Source: a phage
DNA length: 64,000 nt
Sequence record: NC_135731.1
Strand: one strand, 5' to 3'
This document shows positions 17,184 to 26,679 of this stretch, in pieces. The translations under genes and the position numbers were made by a program. How positions within the stretch are numbered: the stretch's first letter is position 1; each line of letters begins with the position of its first letter. The notes beneath the pieces were generated by a model that was given only the letters and a program-made list of their open reading frames with translations, did no database searches and was not told the origin of the DNA.

Positions 17184-19495
17184 TCACTAAGGTAATTAAA
17201 AGCAACGGATGTGAAGTGGCATTCGATCCAGAACGTTTAAATAAGGCAGCTATTTTCGGTGACGACGGTAACGGCAATTGGTCACACATTGCACTGGATG
17301 CATACAAACGACTGTATGATGGATGTACGACCAAAGAAGTTAACCAAGCTATCATAGACTCCTGTGTTAGCCGTAAAGACGAAGCACATTCCCGTATGGC
17401 TGGTCGTGTTCTTATTGGTCAGATTTATAAAGAGGCTTTTGGAGGGTTTACAAAGATCCCTTCCTTACCATCATTTTACAATACCATGGTTGAGAAAGGG
17501 TATTGGGAGGATATGGGTTATAGCTTTACCGAGCTAAATACTTTAGGCGCTGTTATTGACCACAGTAAAGATCTCGGTTACGGCTATGCAGTCCTTAAAC
17601 AGTTTCGCGACAAATACGGGATCAAGGATACTCTTAAAGACACCCTGTTTGAATCTCCCCAGATGATGTTTATGGGGATAGCAATGGCTGTCATGAAGAA
17701 TATGCCGAAAGAACGTCGTATCGACGATGTTGTAAAACTATACAATTATCTGTCCGACTTAAAGATCAATGCTCCGACACCGTACTTAAACGGGCTGCGC
17801 ACAGGTAAGACAGGGTATGCATCTTGTTGTGTAATAAAAGCTGACGATACAGCAAAATCTATTGGTGTGGCACGTGAAGTTGCGTACACGATGACGGTTA
17901 ACCAAGCAGGCATCGGCTACTACTTATCCTCAAGATCTGCAGGCGATGGTGTTCGTGGTAACACTATTAAACATATGGGTAAGATTCCGTATTATCGAGG
18001 TATTGATGCTGGTGTTAAGGAGAACAGACAACAATCACGTGGCGGTTCTGCAACAGTATCATTCCTTGCACTGGACCCGCAGATTGATGAGCTAATCCGT
18101 TTGAGAAACCCTATGACTGTTGCTTCAAAAAGAATCAACACCATGGACTATTCCATCGGTATTAATAGGTCGTTTATCAACCGTGTGGCTAAGAATTTAG
18201 ATTGGATGCTTGTTTCTTATAAGCACGCTCCTCAACTGCATGAGGGTATCTTCACCATGTCTATGGAGGAGTTTGATGCAGAGGTTGATCGTATTGCTAA
18301 AGATGACAGTATTCCTAAAACATGGATCCGAGCCAGAGATCTTGCTGTTGAACTGATCACGCAGCGTACTGAGGTGGGTAGGCTGTATGTATACTGGACA
18401 GATGAGATGAATAGACATACACCTTTTAAAGATGTGATCTATTCAAGTAACCTGTGTGCAGAAATAGCCCTCCCGACAAAAGGCTATTCAGATATGCGTA
18501 ATATCTTCAAGTACGATGCTGATGATGGAGAGGTTGCATTGTGCTTCCTGTCATCCCTTGTAGCTGGAAGGGTTACTCCAGAGGAGTATGAGGATGTTGC
18601 ATACTACACGGTGCTTATGATTGACAATGTTATGGAAATCATGACATATCCGTATGAAAATATGGAAAGCACAGTTAAAAAACGCAGATCCATCGGGGTT
18701 GGCCTTACCAATGTTGCACATTTTATTGCCAGCCACAAGATTACTTACGGATCTCCTGAAAGTAAACAGCTCGTTCACGATCTTGCAGAACTTCACAGCT
18801 ACAGCTTGCATAAGGCAAGTTTACGGTTGGCAAAAGAGCGTGGTGTCTGCGAGTGGATGCATAAAACAAAATATCCAGAAGGTTGGTTACCAATAGACAC
18901 CTATAACAAAGAGGTCGATAGCGTGGTGAAAGATCCTTCTCTTAAACAGGATTGGGAAGGGTTACGTAAAGAAATCATTGAAAATGGTGGGATACGTAAT
19001 AGCGTTCTTGAAGCATATATGCCTAATGAAAGCTCTTCGCTGGCAACAAACACCACTAACGGGGTTTATCCTGTCCGTGAGCACATTATCTTTAAAAAGT
19101 CGCCACAAGGGCAGGTGCTGTTTATCGTTCCTGACTATGATGAGTTGAAAGAGTATTACACTTCGGCTTGGGACGTTGATACTAACGACATGATCGATAT
19201 GTATGCTGTGATTCAAAAATTCACAGGTCAGGCAATCAGCGCGGATTTATACATCGACTACACCAAGTTGAAAGATGGTAAAATTTCAATGAAGGAGCAG
19301 CTAGGGTACCTTATCCGTGCCACTAAATTCGGGATGAAGACATGGTATTATTTAAACTCCAGGGTTGGTGCTGGTGACTCCTTGGCAGAGGAACTTCATG
19401 CCAAGAAACAAGCTGAAGATGAAACCAGAAAGAAATATCCTTTGATTGCAGATAGTTCAGTTGAAGATCCATATTGCGAAAGTTGTGCACTATAA
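17180..19495 (+). CDS. nrdA: Ribonucleotide reductase class Ia large subunit
   Basis: 771 aa, ATP-cone N-terminus (VIKSNGCEVAFDPERLNKA), catalytic Cys/Glu region NLCAEIALP, C-terminal CESCAL; TTG start after GGAGGA. Confidence 0.9.
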   Translation: MITKVIKSNGCEVAFDPERLNKAAIFGDDGNGNWSHIALDAYKRLYDGCTTKEVNQAIIDSCVSRKDEAHSRMAGRVLIGQIYKEAFGGFTKIPSLPSFYNTMVEKGYWEDMGYSFTELNTLGAVIDHSKDLGYGYAVLKQFRDKYGIKDTLKDTLFESPQMMFMGIAMAVMKNMPKERRIDDVVKLYNYLSDLKINAPTPYLNGLRTGKTGYASCCVIKADDTAKSIGVAREVAYTMTVNQAGIGYYLSSRSAGDGVRGNTIKHMGKIPYYRGIDAGVKENRQQSRGGSATVSFLALDPQIDELIRLRNPMTVASKRINTMDYSIGINRSFINRVAKNLDWMLVSYKHAPQLHEGIFTMSMEEFDAEVDRIAKDDSIPKTWIRARDLAVELITQRTEVGRLYVYWTDEMNRHTPFKDVIYSSNLCAEIALPTKGYSDMRNIFKYDADDGEVALCFLSSLVAGRVTPEEYEDVAYYTVLMIDNVMEIMTYPYENMESTVKKRRSIGVGLTNVAHFIASHKITYGSPESKQLVHDLAELHSYSLHKASLRLAKERGVCEWMHKTKYPEGWLPIDTYNKEVDSVVKDPSLKQDWEGLRKEIIENGGIRNSVLEAYMPNESSSLATNTTNGVYPVREHIIFKKSPQGQVLFIVPDYDELKEYYTSAWDVDTNDMIDMYAVIQKFTGQAISADLYIDYTKLKDGKISMKEQLGYLIRATKFGMKTWYYLNSRVGAGDSLAEELHAKKQAEDETRKKYPLIADSSVEDPYCESCAL

Positions 19496-19501
19496 TTTTA
19501 A

Positions 19502-19524
19502 AGGGGCTTCGGCCCCTGTCTTAG
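19502..19524 (+). terminator. hairpin, possible terminator
   Basis: AGGGGC-TTCG-GCCCCT after nrdA; poor T tract. Confidence 0.35.
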
Positions 19525-19534
19525 AGGTAGAATA

Positions 19535-20623
19535 ATGGCTGTATTTAATGCTGAGAACACCGCTCATAAAACTGGTGACTATCCGCTGTTTCTAGGACAG
19601 CAAATGGGTATGTACGACTCTATTAACAAAAAATATCCACAACTGTTCGAACTGTACAAAAAACAAAAAGAACAAGACTGGGCAGAGGATGAAGTGGATT
19701 TGTCGCAATCTATTTCAGATTTTGTAACATGCTCCAAGTCAACTTATGACGTGATGGTGCAAACCTTGATGTGGCAATGGGAGGCTGATAGCGTTGCGGC
19801 AAGATCGATCATCTGCCTCTTTTCACCATTCATCACTAATAGTGAGCTTTTCACTCTATTGATGAAACAGTCGGAGATTGAAGTTCTTCACGCACTAACT
19901 TACTCAGAGATTGTTAGACAATGCCTCCCCAATGCCCGTGAGATTATAGAAGAGATTCAGGAAAACCAAAACGTTCTGAGCAGATCCGGCGTTATTGTCA
20001 AATACATGCAAGAGCTTGAGGTTATTGGTGCAAAATATCGATTGGATCCTTCTAGTGTTGAAGAAGATACTGTGCGGAAATGCATTCTTAGAGCGCTTTT
20101 TGCACTTTTAGCTCTAGAAAGTATTGAGTTTATTGCAAGTTTTGCATGCACTTTCGCAGTAGCTGAGCAAGGTATTTTTGTTCAAGTGGCACAACTTGTT
20201 CAAAAAATTATGCTTGATGAAATGCTGCATTCGAAAGGTGATTTTGCTATCATCGATATCCTGCTTGATGATCCTGCATGGGAGCAAAGCTTCCTTGAGA
20301 TTAAGGGTGAGTTAAAAGAAATTCTTGACGAAGTGCGGACCAAGGAGTACGGTTGGAGTGACTATATTTTCAGCGAAGGAAGAGCGATTATAGGTCTTAA
20401 TTCACCGTTGCTTAAAGAATGGGTTGACTATAACTGCTCACCGATTTATGATTATTACGACATCGACAAAGACTTTGTGCCGCCAACAAAAGACCCGCTA
20501 CCGTTTATGCAGGTGTGGATGAAACCCTCACTGCAACAGACGGCTAACCAGGAAATGTCTAACACAGACTACCGCGTCAACACAACCGTTAACGACGCTG
20601 AAGAAGAAATTTGGGAGTTTTAA
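19535..20623 (+). CDS. nrdB: Ribonucleotide reductase class Ia small subunit
   Basis: 362 aa, di-iron ligand regions (EVLHALTYSEI, ESIEFIASFA) characteristic of NrdB. Confidence 0.85.
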   Translation: MAVFNAENTAHKTGDYPLFLGQQMGMYDSINKKYPQLFELYKKQKEQDWAEDEVDLSQSISDFVTCSKSTYDVMVQTLMWQWEADSVAARSIICLFSPFITNSELFTLLMKQSEIEVLHALTYSEIVRQCLPNAREIIEEIQENQNVLSRSGVIVKYMQELEVIGAKYRLDPSSVEEDTVRKCILRALFALLALESIEFIASFACTFAVAEQGIFVQVAQLVQKIMLDEMLHSKGDFAIIDILLDDPAWEQSFLEIKGELKEILDEVRTKEYGWSDYIFSEGRAIIGLNSPLLKEWVDYNCSPIYDYYDIDKDFVPPTKDPLPFMQVWMKPSLQQTANQEMSNTDYRVNTTVNDAEEEIWEF

Positions 20624-20626
20624 TAT

Positions 20627-20905
20627 ATGAGCTGCGAAAAATCTTTTTTCATCATCATTTACGGTAAGGATAACTGCCCACATTGTGTAAGAGCAAAAGA
20701 ATTTGCAGTCAGCAAAGGCATACCTTTCGTATACAAGACGCTAGGTGAAGGATATACAAAAGAAGAGCTTATCGAGAAGTGTAGCCCATTTGTTCCCAGA
20801 ACGTTGCCTCAGATTTTCTTAGAAAGCGACCTTGACAGTGTCCATATCGGAGGTGCTGACGATTTCATCTCTTTTGTTAAGAATGGTTTTGGAGAGAAAA
20901 AGTGA
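20627..20905 (+). CDS. Glutaredoxin-like protein
   Basis: CPHC active-site motif, thioredoxin-fold size; adjacent to nrd genes. Confidence 0.7.
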   Translation: MSCEKSFFIIIYGKDNCPHCVRAKEFAVSKGIPFVYKTLGEGYTKEELIEKCSPFVPRTLPQIFLESDLDSVHIGGADDFISFVKNGFGEKK

Positions 20906-21762
20906 AAGTTGTAAAACGGGACGGTAGAGAAGAGTTTTATAACGGAATTAAGGTGATCAAGGCGGCAGAGTCCGCCTTACTTGAGTCTGGACATACTGAA
21001 GAAGAAGCTTACCGGATTGCCTGCGCGGTTAATGAAGTTGTTGCCAATAATCTGCCAACCGACCAGTGCACGATTTCTGTAAAAAATATCCATATCCTTG
21101 TTGAAGATGCTCTTATGGATATGGGTTTAAAATGTGCAGCCCGAGAATACATCCAGTATAGACAGACAAGAGATAATAACAGAGAGGCAGGTGGAAAGCT
21201 GCTTGCAGATATTAGTGGCTTCTTGGATCGTACTTGTGATGAATTTACAAAAGAAAACGCAAATAAGCCTACTAATCATGTACACACTCATCGTGACCTG
21301 CTTGCAGGCATCCTTAGCAAACACCTTGCGTCAACACAGATCCTGCCAGATCGTGTCTCAGAAGAGCACAACAAGGGCTTCATCCATGTGCATGATCTTG
21401 ACTACTTGATCAGTCCGTTAACAAACTGTTGTTTGGTAAATTATCCGGATATGCTGGAAAACGGATTCAACATTGGCAACGCCCATGTCAGTAAGCCGAA
21501 GTCAATAGGGGTTGCAACAACAATCCTTAGCCAAATCTCTAGTGCAGTAGCTAGTGCTCAATATGGCGGTCAGACCATGAGCCATATTGATCATTATCTG
21601 GCACAGTATGCTGAAGCAACCTATGAGAAGAACCTTAAATTTTGTCAGGAACATTGGTTGCCAGATGCTGAGACTGTTGCAATGCAAATGACAGATAAAG
21701 ACGTGTTTGATAGTATGCAAACTTTGCTCTACCAAATCAATACGTTAACTTCTGTCAACGGT
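20902..21762 (+). CDS. nrdD: Anaerobic ribonucleotide reductase NrdD, exon 1
   Basis: N-terminus MKVVKRDGREEF matches NrdD; frame runs into a stop 3 nt after a group I 5' splice site (exon ends AACGGT). Confidence 0.8.
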
Positions 21763-21916
21763 TAACAAACTGGCCGTTGTAAAACTCTCCTAACCTCATA
21801 AGAGGGGTCGGTAAATCCGGCTAACGGGGAACGCTAAGGCGAAAGCTATGCCAATCCCGTGACTAGTTCTTACAGGAGTTGGAACGGTTGTAACGACTAA
21901 CGAAAGGCAGAGATGC

Positions 21917-21945
21917 TTGACAAACATTTCTGAACCAAGTAGTGT
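21917..21945 (+). promoter_or_regulatory. candidate promoter for intron-encoded HNH gene
   Basis: TTGACA-17 nt-TAGTGT inside intron. Confidence 0.35.
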
Positions 21946-21986
21946 AGGGGTTAGTTGAAATACTAACTTCGAAATGGAGAGGCTCT

Positions 21987-22520
21987 ATGAAAAAGATCAT
22001 TCTTAATGGTGAAGAATCAAACTATGTGATTGATGAGGTTGGAAACGTATACGGAAAACGTGGAATGCTACACCCAATATTGTGGGGAGGTTATGGAAAA
22101 GGTAACAAGCATGTTAAACGCCGTTATATGTACTCTTTCAACCACAAAGGTAAAAAGATTCGAATCCAAACCTCAAGGATTGTTGCCTTGTATTGTTTGC
22201 CAGATGTCCCAGAAGACCCTGAAAACTGGGAAGTGAATCATAAAGACGGCAATACATTGAATGATCATCCGTCTAACCTAGAGTGGGTTTTGCCGGAAGA
22301 TAATAAGAGACATGCTTTCCGAACAGGGCTTTGCCCAGGTAAGTGCTATAGGAAAGTGCAGGCATACAAAGGGAAAACCTTGGTTGGTGAATATCCTTCA
22401 CTCTATGCCTGTGCAAAAGCCTTAAATTTGAACGTAGGTAACGTTCATAGGGCTATCGAAGGAAATGCCGAAGGTAAGCATCTCACAATAAAGGGTTATT
22501 ATCTTATTGAAGTAGAGTAA
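21987..22520 (+). CDS. HNH homing endonuclease (intron-encoded)
   Basis: VNHKDGNTLNDHPSNLEWV HNH_3-type motif; GGAGAGG RBS. Confidence 0.8.
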   Translation: MKKIILNGEESNYVIDEVGNVYGKRGMLHPILWGGYGKGNKHVKRRYMYSFNHKGKKIRIQTSRIVALYCLPDVPEDPENWEVNHKDGNTLNDHPSNLEWVLPEDNKRHAFRTGLCPGKCYRKVQAYKGKTLVGEYPSLYACAKALNLNVGNVHRAIEGNAEGKHLTIKGYYLIEVE

Positions 22521-22559
22521 GAGATAGTCTGGCCCTGTGGAAACACAGGGAGGAGACAG

Positions 22560-23822
22560 CAGACTCCATTCATCACATTAAGTTTAGGTCTGGACACCTC
22601 AGTATTTGGTAGAATGATTACCAAAAACTACTTGAAAGTCCACAAAATGGGTCTTGGTGAAGAACGTATCACACCTGTGTTCCCTAAAGTGCTGTTCTTC
22701 CTAGAAGAGGGTGTCAACATGAACCCTGGAGATCCTAACTATGATTTGAAACGATTAGCTCTGGAATGCTCTGCAGAGCGGATTTATCCTGACTTTGTTT
22801 CTGTTCCACTAAATCGTAAAGTGACAGGCTCGACAGATGGCAAAGTAACGAGCATGGGTTGCCGGAGTTTTCTTAGCAAATACAATGACTTGGAAACAGG
22901 TGAGGAGAAATACCTCGGCAGATTCAACTTGGGTGTTGTTAGTCTTAACCTACCAATGATTGCGGCAAAAGCTAAGACGGAAGGTGTTGATTTCTTTGCC
23001 GTTCTTGACGAATACCTGGATCTTGCATACGAGGCTCACCTTGTAAGGGTTAACCGTCTAAAAGGAACAAAGGCAGGGCAGAACCCTATCATGTGGTGTG
23101 AAGGCGCTCTTGCTCGCCTGGATCCTGAAGAGAGTATTGATAAACTCTTCTATGACGGGTACGCTTCCATCAGTATTGGGTATATTGGTGTGTATGAAAC
23201 CTGTCAGATTTTGGGCAGGGAGGGTGACAAGGCTTTAGCTCTTGGAATACTCCAGCACATGAGAGATGCTTGTGAGCGATACAAGAAGGAAAGTGGACTA
23301 GCATTTAGCTTGTACGGAACCCCTTCTGAGAGTCTATGCTATAAAGCTGCAACCTGTCTGGATCGTGAATATCCTGAAGTGTTGAAGCACGAGCATGAAT
23401 ATCTCACCAACAGTTTCCATCAGCCAGTATGGATCAATAGCTCTCCTTTTGATAAGTGGAAGTATGAGGAAGGTTTTGCTATGATCTCCTCTGGTGGCAA
23501 CATCGGATATGTAGAGACACCAAATCTGAAAAACAACTTAGATGCTTTAGAGGCTCTTGTTGACTTCGGGTATAAACACATTATGTATTTTGGTATTAAC
23601 CAACCTGTGGATAAATGTCTCAAGTGTGGTTTCTCTGGTGAGTTTAGTGCAACAGCTAAAGGCTTTGTATGCCCAGAGTGTGGAAACCATGAAGAGGGAA
23701 CGATCAGTGTAATTCGACGTGTGTCTGGATACCTTTCCAGTCCTAACTCCCGTCCTTATAATAAAGGTAAGCAAGCGGAAGTTATCGAGAGAGTTAAGCA
23801 CTATGGAAGTTGTAGTTGCTGA
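22560..23822 (+). CDS. nrdD: Anaerobic ribonucleotide reductase NrdD, exon 2
   Basis: Frame encodes QTPFITLSLGLDTS continuing NrdD homology; C-terminal glycyl-radical motif RVSGYL and Cys cluster. Confidence 0.8.
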   Translation, partial: QTPFITLSLGLDTSVFGRMITKNYLKVHKMGLGEERITPVFPKVLFFLEEGVNMNPGDPNYDLKRLALECSAERIYPDFVSVPLNRKVTGSTDGKVTSMGCRSFLSKYNDLETGEEKYLGRFNLGVVSLNLPMIAAKAKTEGVDFFAVLDEYLDLAYEAHLVRVNRLKGTKAGQNPIMWCEGALARLDPEESIDKLFYDGYASISIGYIGVYETCQILGREGDKALALGILQHMRDACERYKKESGLAFSLYGTPSESLCYKAATCLDREYPEVLKHEHEYLTNSFHQPVWINSSPFDKWKYEEGFAMISSGGNIGYVETPNLKNNLDALEALVDFGYKHIMYFGINQPVDKCLKCGFSGEFSATAKGFVCPECGNHEEGTISVIRRVSGYLSSPNSRPYNKGKQAEVIERVKHYGSCSC

Positions 23823-23826
23823 TACT

Positions 23827-23858
23827 TGACAAAAGCCACAAGGATGTGGCATATTATT
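23827..23858 (+). promoter_or_regulatory. sigma70-type promoter with embedded palindrome
   Basis: TTGACA ... CATATT/TATTAT; inverted repeat GCCACA-AGGA-TGTGGC in spacer. Confidence 0.45.
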
Positions 23859-23885
23859 GACACACAGCGAGCTAGGAGGTACAGT

Positions 23886-24002
23886 ATGTCTAAAGGTATT
23901 TATAAAATTTGCAAGTGTGGTTGTCGTTGCAATCTTCGTTGGTGCAAGGCACTGGACGATTTTATTTGGCATTGTCCTGAATGCGACGCGGAGTACTTAT
24001 AA
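23886..24002 (+). CDS. small Cys-rich zinc-ribbon protein (38 aa)
   Basis: AGGAGG RBS 6 nt before ATG; CKCGCRC...CPEC pattern; below ORF-track length cutoff. Confidence 0.45.
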   Translation: MSKGIYKICKCGCRCNLRWCKALDDFIWHCPECDAEYL

Positions 24003-24153
24003 GCATAAGGGGTCGAAATGCGGAAATCTATCAAGAAAATCAAGATAAAATTGTTAGCACTGAAGCGTAAGTATAAAAAGTTATACGGCTTCATCAAATG
24101 GACTTTTATAGGTCTATCTTGAATAGAAGCGCACCACAGAAGAGAGGTTCCTT

Positions 24154-24399
24154 ATGATAGGTGTCTGTGTAAAAGCTAACAGATGGTTTACACTCGGTAA
24201 GGATTACGAAATTATCTTTCATTCGGACAGAGCCACAACAGTAGAAAGCGATGATGGGTGCTACTGGTTCGTTAGTTACCATGGTGATGGGTATTATAGA
24301 TCTACCGATTCCAGAGGGGAAGAAGCTGTTTTCTTAGATCGAGCTTATTGTGGCCTGAATATCCCTACCTCAAAGAGGATAAGGAATGAATGTTGTTAA
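24154..24399 (+). CDS. hypothetical protein (81 aa)
   Basis: ORF with RBS-like GAGGTTCC upstream. Confidence 0.45.
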   Translation: MIGVCVKANRWFTLGKDYEIIFHSDRATTVESDDGCYWFVSYHGDGYYRSTDSRGEEAVFLDRAYCGLNIPTSKRIRNECC

Positions 24400-24859
24400 T
24401 ATTATAGAGTGTAGTATGGTTGACGGCCCAGGCATTAGGACAACGGTGTTCTGTTCTGGTTGCCCACATCACTGCGTCGGTTGCCAAAACAAAAGTGTTT
24501 GGTCACCAGCTAAAGGGGAACCGTTAACAAATGACACTATTGAGAGTATACTTCACTCTGTAGAGCCGAAACATATTACTGGCGTTACATTATGCGGTGG
24601 CGAACCTTTAGCGCCTTATAATATTGATGGTATGTACTCGATTATTCGCGCTATCCGTGAACGCTTCGGCAACACAAAAACTATCTGGGTGTACACAGGG
24701 TATTTGTTTGAAGAGGTTCCCGATCACATTAAAGATAGTGTCGATTACATTATGGATGGTAAGTACGAGAAAGATAACCCAACCAAAAAACCCTTCAGAG
24801 GTAGTGATAACCAAAGAATGTTTAAAAAGACAGCAGGCGGTTGGGTTCAGGTTGACTAA
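24386..24859 (+). CDS. nrdG: Anaerobic ribonucleotide reductase activating protein (radical SAM)
   Basis: Radical SAM-type Cys cluster CSGCPHHCVGC; downstream of nrdD. Confidence 0.8.
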   Translation: MNVVNIIECSMVDGPGIRTTVFCSGCPHHCVGCQNKSVWSPAKGEPLTNDTIESILHSVEPKHITGVTLCGGEPLAPYNIDGMYSIIRAIRERFGNTKTIWVYTGYLFEEVPDHIKDSVDYIMDGKYEKDNPTKKPFRGSDNQRMFKKTAGGWVQVD

Positions 24860-24862
24860 TTG

Positions 24863-24892
24863 TTGACAAAGCTTTGTTAAGTTGGTTATAAT
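24863..24892 (+). promoter_or_regulatory. sigma70-type promoter
   Basis: TTGACA-18 nt-TATAAT. Confidence 0.55.
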
Positions 24893-25031
24893 TAGCGTAA
24901 TGAAAGCAGAGGAGGTGCCAAATGGCTAAAAAAGCCTTGAAGAAGGCGTACAAAAAAGAGATTGCGCTTGAGCTTAAGAAAAAACACAAGCGTGAAAAGA
25001 AACATTATGAGGATGAAGAGGGGGTGCAACA

Positions 25032-25382
25032 GTGACACAAGAACGTATCGATTTAGCTAATAAGTTTGTAGATCTCATTTTGCCACGGTTAGTTACTCAA
25101 CATGCAGACGCTATTTCCACTAATCTTGATGGTTTACGCCTAATGCTGAATCGCACAGATGACCCTCGTATTCGGGCTGATTTAGAAGCCTCTGCCAACA
25201 AACTGGAAAAGTTCTTGCAAGTAGACACGCAAGAAGCCTTGCACAAGATTATGGTGGAGGGTTTCTCTAAAGAATTTACCATTAAAGAGCTTAAGGAGCT
25301 GATCCACCAAGAAGAGATGAATATCCGAGTTCAGGCTGTTGCAAGCAGCATGGAAGCGGCTATTGAAAAACTGTTGCAGTAA
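25032..25382 (+). CDS. hypothetical protein (116 aa)
   Basis: ORF; helical, charged. Confidence 0.45.
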   Translation: MTQERIDLANKFVDLILPRLVTQHADAISTNLDGLRLMLNRTDDPRIRADLEASANKLEKFLQVDTQEALHKIMVEGFSKEFTIKELKELIHQEEMNIRVQAVASSMEAAIEKLLQ

Positions 25383-25420
25383 AAGTTCCAGACACATCTC
25401 AATCTGAAAGGAGTCCCAAC

Positions 25421-26209
25421 ATGGGTCGAGCTAAAGAAACAAAACGCATGCGTGATGAAGCTAAAGAGGCTCGCAAATCTGATCGCCTGCGTAAAGCTGC
25501 TGAGAAATTTGCTGACGAACGAGAGCACACCGCTCCAGCTCTCCGACCGATGAATAAAAAGCAGCAAAAGTATCTTGATTATCTAGGGTCACGTAAGATT
25601 ATTATTGTAAACGGTGTGTTTGGATCCGGTAAGACATTCATGGCATCTGCATATGCAGGTGATCTTCTGCGTAAGAATGAGATTGATAAGATCATTGTTG
25701 CACGTCCTTATGTACAGACCGGAAAATCAAGCGGATACAAACCGGGAACGTCAATGCAGAAGCTTTGGCCTTACCTTCGTAGCATGATGGACACGATTTG
25801 TCGTCGTGTTGGCAAAGGTGCTTTTGCCGCAATGCTGGGAGACGGTCAGAACAGCCGTATCGAGATTTGTGAAGTTGAAAGCATTCGTGGTCGTAGTTTC
25901 GATGAGCGGTGCTTTGTCCTGATTGACGAGGCACAGCAAACTAACCCTGAAGAAATGTTGTCAATTATCACAAGGATCTCTGATCAGGCCACCCTTGTAA
26001 TTATGGGCGATAATAGCCAACGTGACATCCCTGGTAAATCTGGCCTTGCATGGGTGACGGATTTCTTTACTCGTCATCCAGATCCTGAGGTTGGAATGAT
26101 CAGCTTTGATAGTCCAGACGATGTCGTTCGTTCCGGGTTGGGCCGTCAGATCGCACTCAATCTTATTGAGGATCGTGCAAATCATATTTGGACCCCTGTT
26201 TCCGAGTAA
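25421..26209 (+). CDS. phoH: PhoH-like ATPase
   Basis: Walker A GVFGSGKTF and PhoH-type Walker B region FVLIDEAQ. Confidence 0.8.
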   Translation: MGRAKETKRMRDEAKEARKSDRLRKAAEKFADEREHTAPALRPMNKKQQKYLDYLGSRKIIIVNGVFGSGKTFMASAYAGDLLRKNEIDKIIVARPYVQTGKSSGYKPGTSMQKLWPYLRSMMDTICRRVGKGAFAAMLGDGQNSRIEICEVESIRGRSFDERCFVLIDEAQQTNPEEMLSIITRISDQATLVIMGDNSQRDIPGKSGLAWVTDFFTRHPDPEVGMISFDSPDDVVRSGLGRQIALNLIEDRANHIWTPVSE

Positions 26210-26253
26210 TGCAGAAGGGTGGTTATTCCACCCTTAAATATCGAAAACAGTTG

Positions 26254-26283
26254 TTGACAAACAGGTAAAGCTTTAGATATTAT
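26254..26283 (+). promoter_or_regulatory. sigma70-type promoter
   Basis: TTGACA-18 nt-TATTAT. Confidence 0.5.
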
Positions 26284-26307
26284 TATCGGACAAGAGAAGG
26301 AGATAGT

Positions 26308-26619
26308 ATGGCTACAATACAAGAGAGACTGAATAAAATATACTGCCTGTTTGTCTATAACGGCGAGACAATTTTGGCATATAAAGGATCCAAGAATGTA
26401 TGGATCAAGGACAGTGGTGGTAATATAATCAACTTAGCGTTGCTACGTGAGCGCCGACACAGATTCTTTATCGAGTCTCGGATTATTGAAAGCAGCACCT
26501 GCTACAGAACAGGCGATAAAGTAATTGTTGACAATGATACGTGGTATGTGGTAGACTGGCAATCATTGAGCTGTGATGCTTCTGACAATCGTAAGTACTC
26601 TATAGTGATTGCTAAATAA
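26308..26619 (+). CDS. hypothetical protein (103 aa)
   Basis: ORF with GGAGA RBS. Confidence 0.5.
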   Translation: MATIQERLNKIYCLFVYNGETILAYKGSKNVWIKDSGGNIINLALLRERRHRFFIESRIIESSTCYRTGDKVIVDNDTWYVVDWQSLSCDASDNRKYSIVIAK

Positions 26620-26679
26620 AGGTAAATGTGAATCAGGTTTAAATAAATAGCTTTCAACTTCCAATATTAAGGATTTCTC

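Larger units (their letters stand above)
21763..22559 (+). mobile_element. Group I intron in nrdD carrying an HNH homing endonuclease gene
   Basis: P1: exon AACGGU pairs with IGS GCCGTT (21773-21778) with U.G at splice site; P10 CAG/CTG; intron ends with G at 22559; GAAA-tetraloop hairpin 22533-22550; exon 2 frame open without ATG. Confidence 0.75.
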
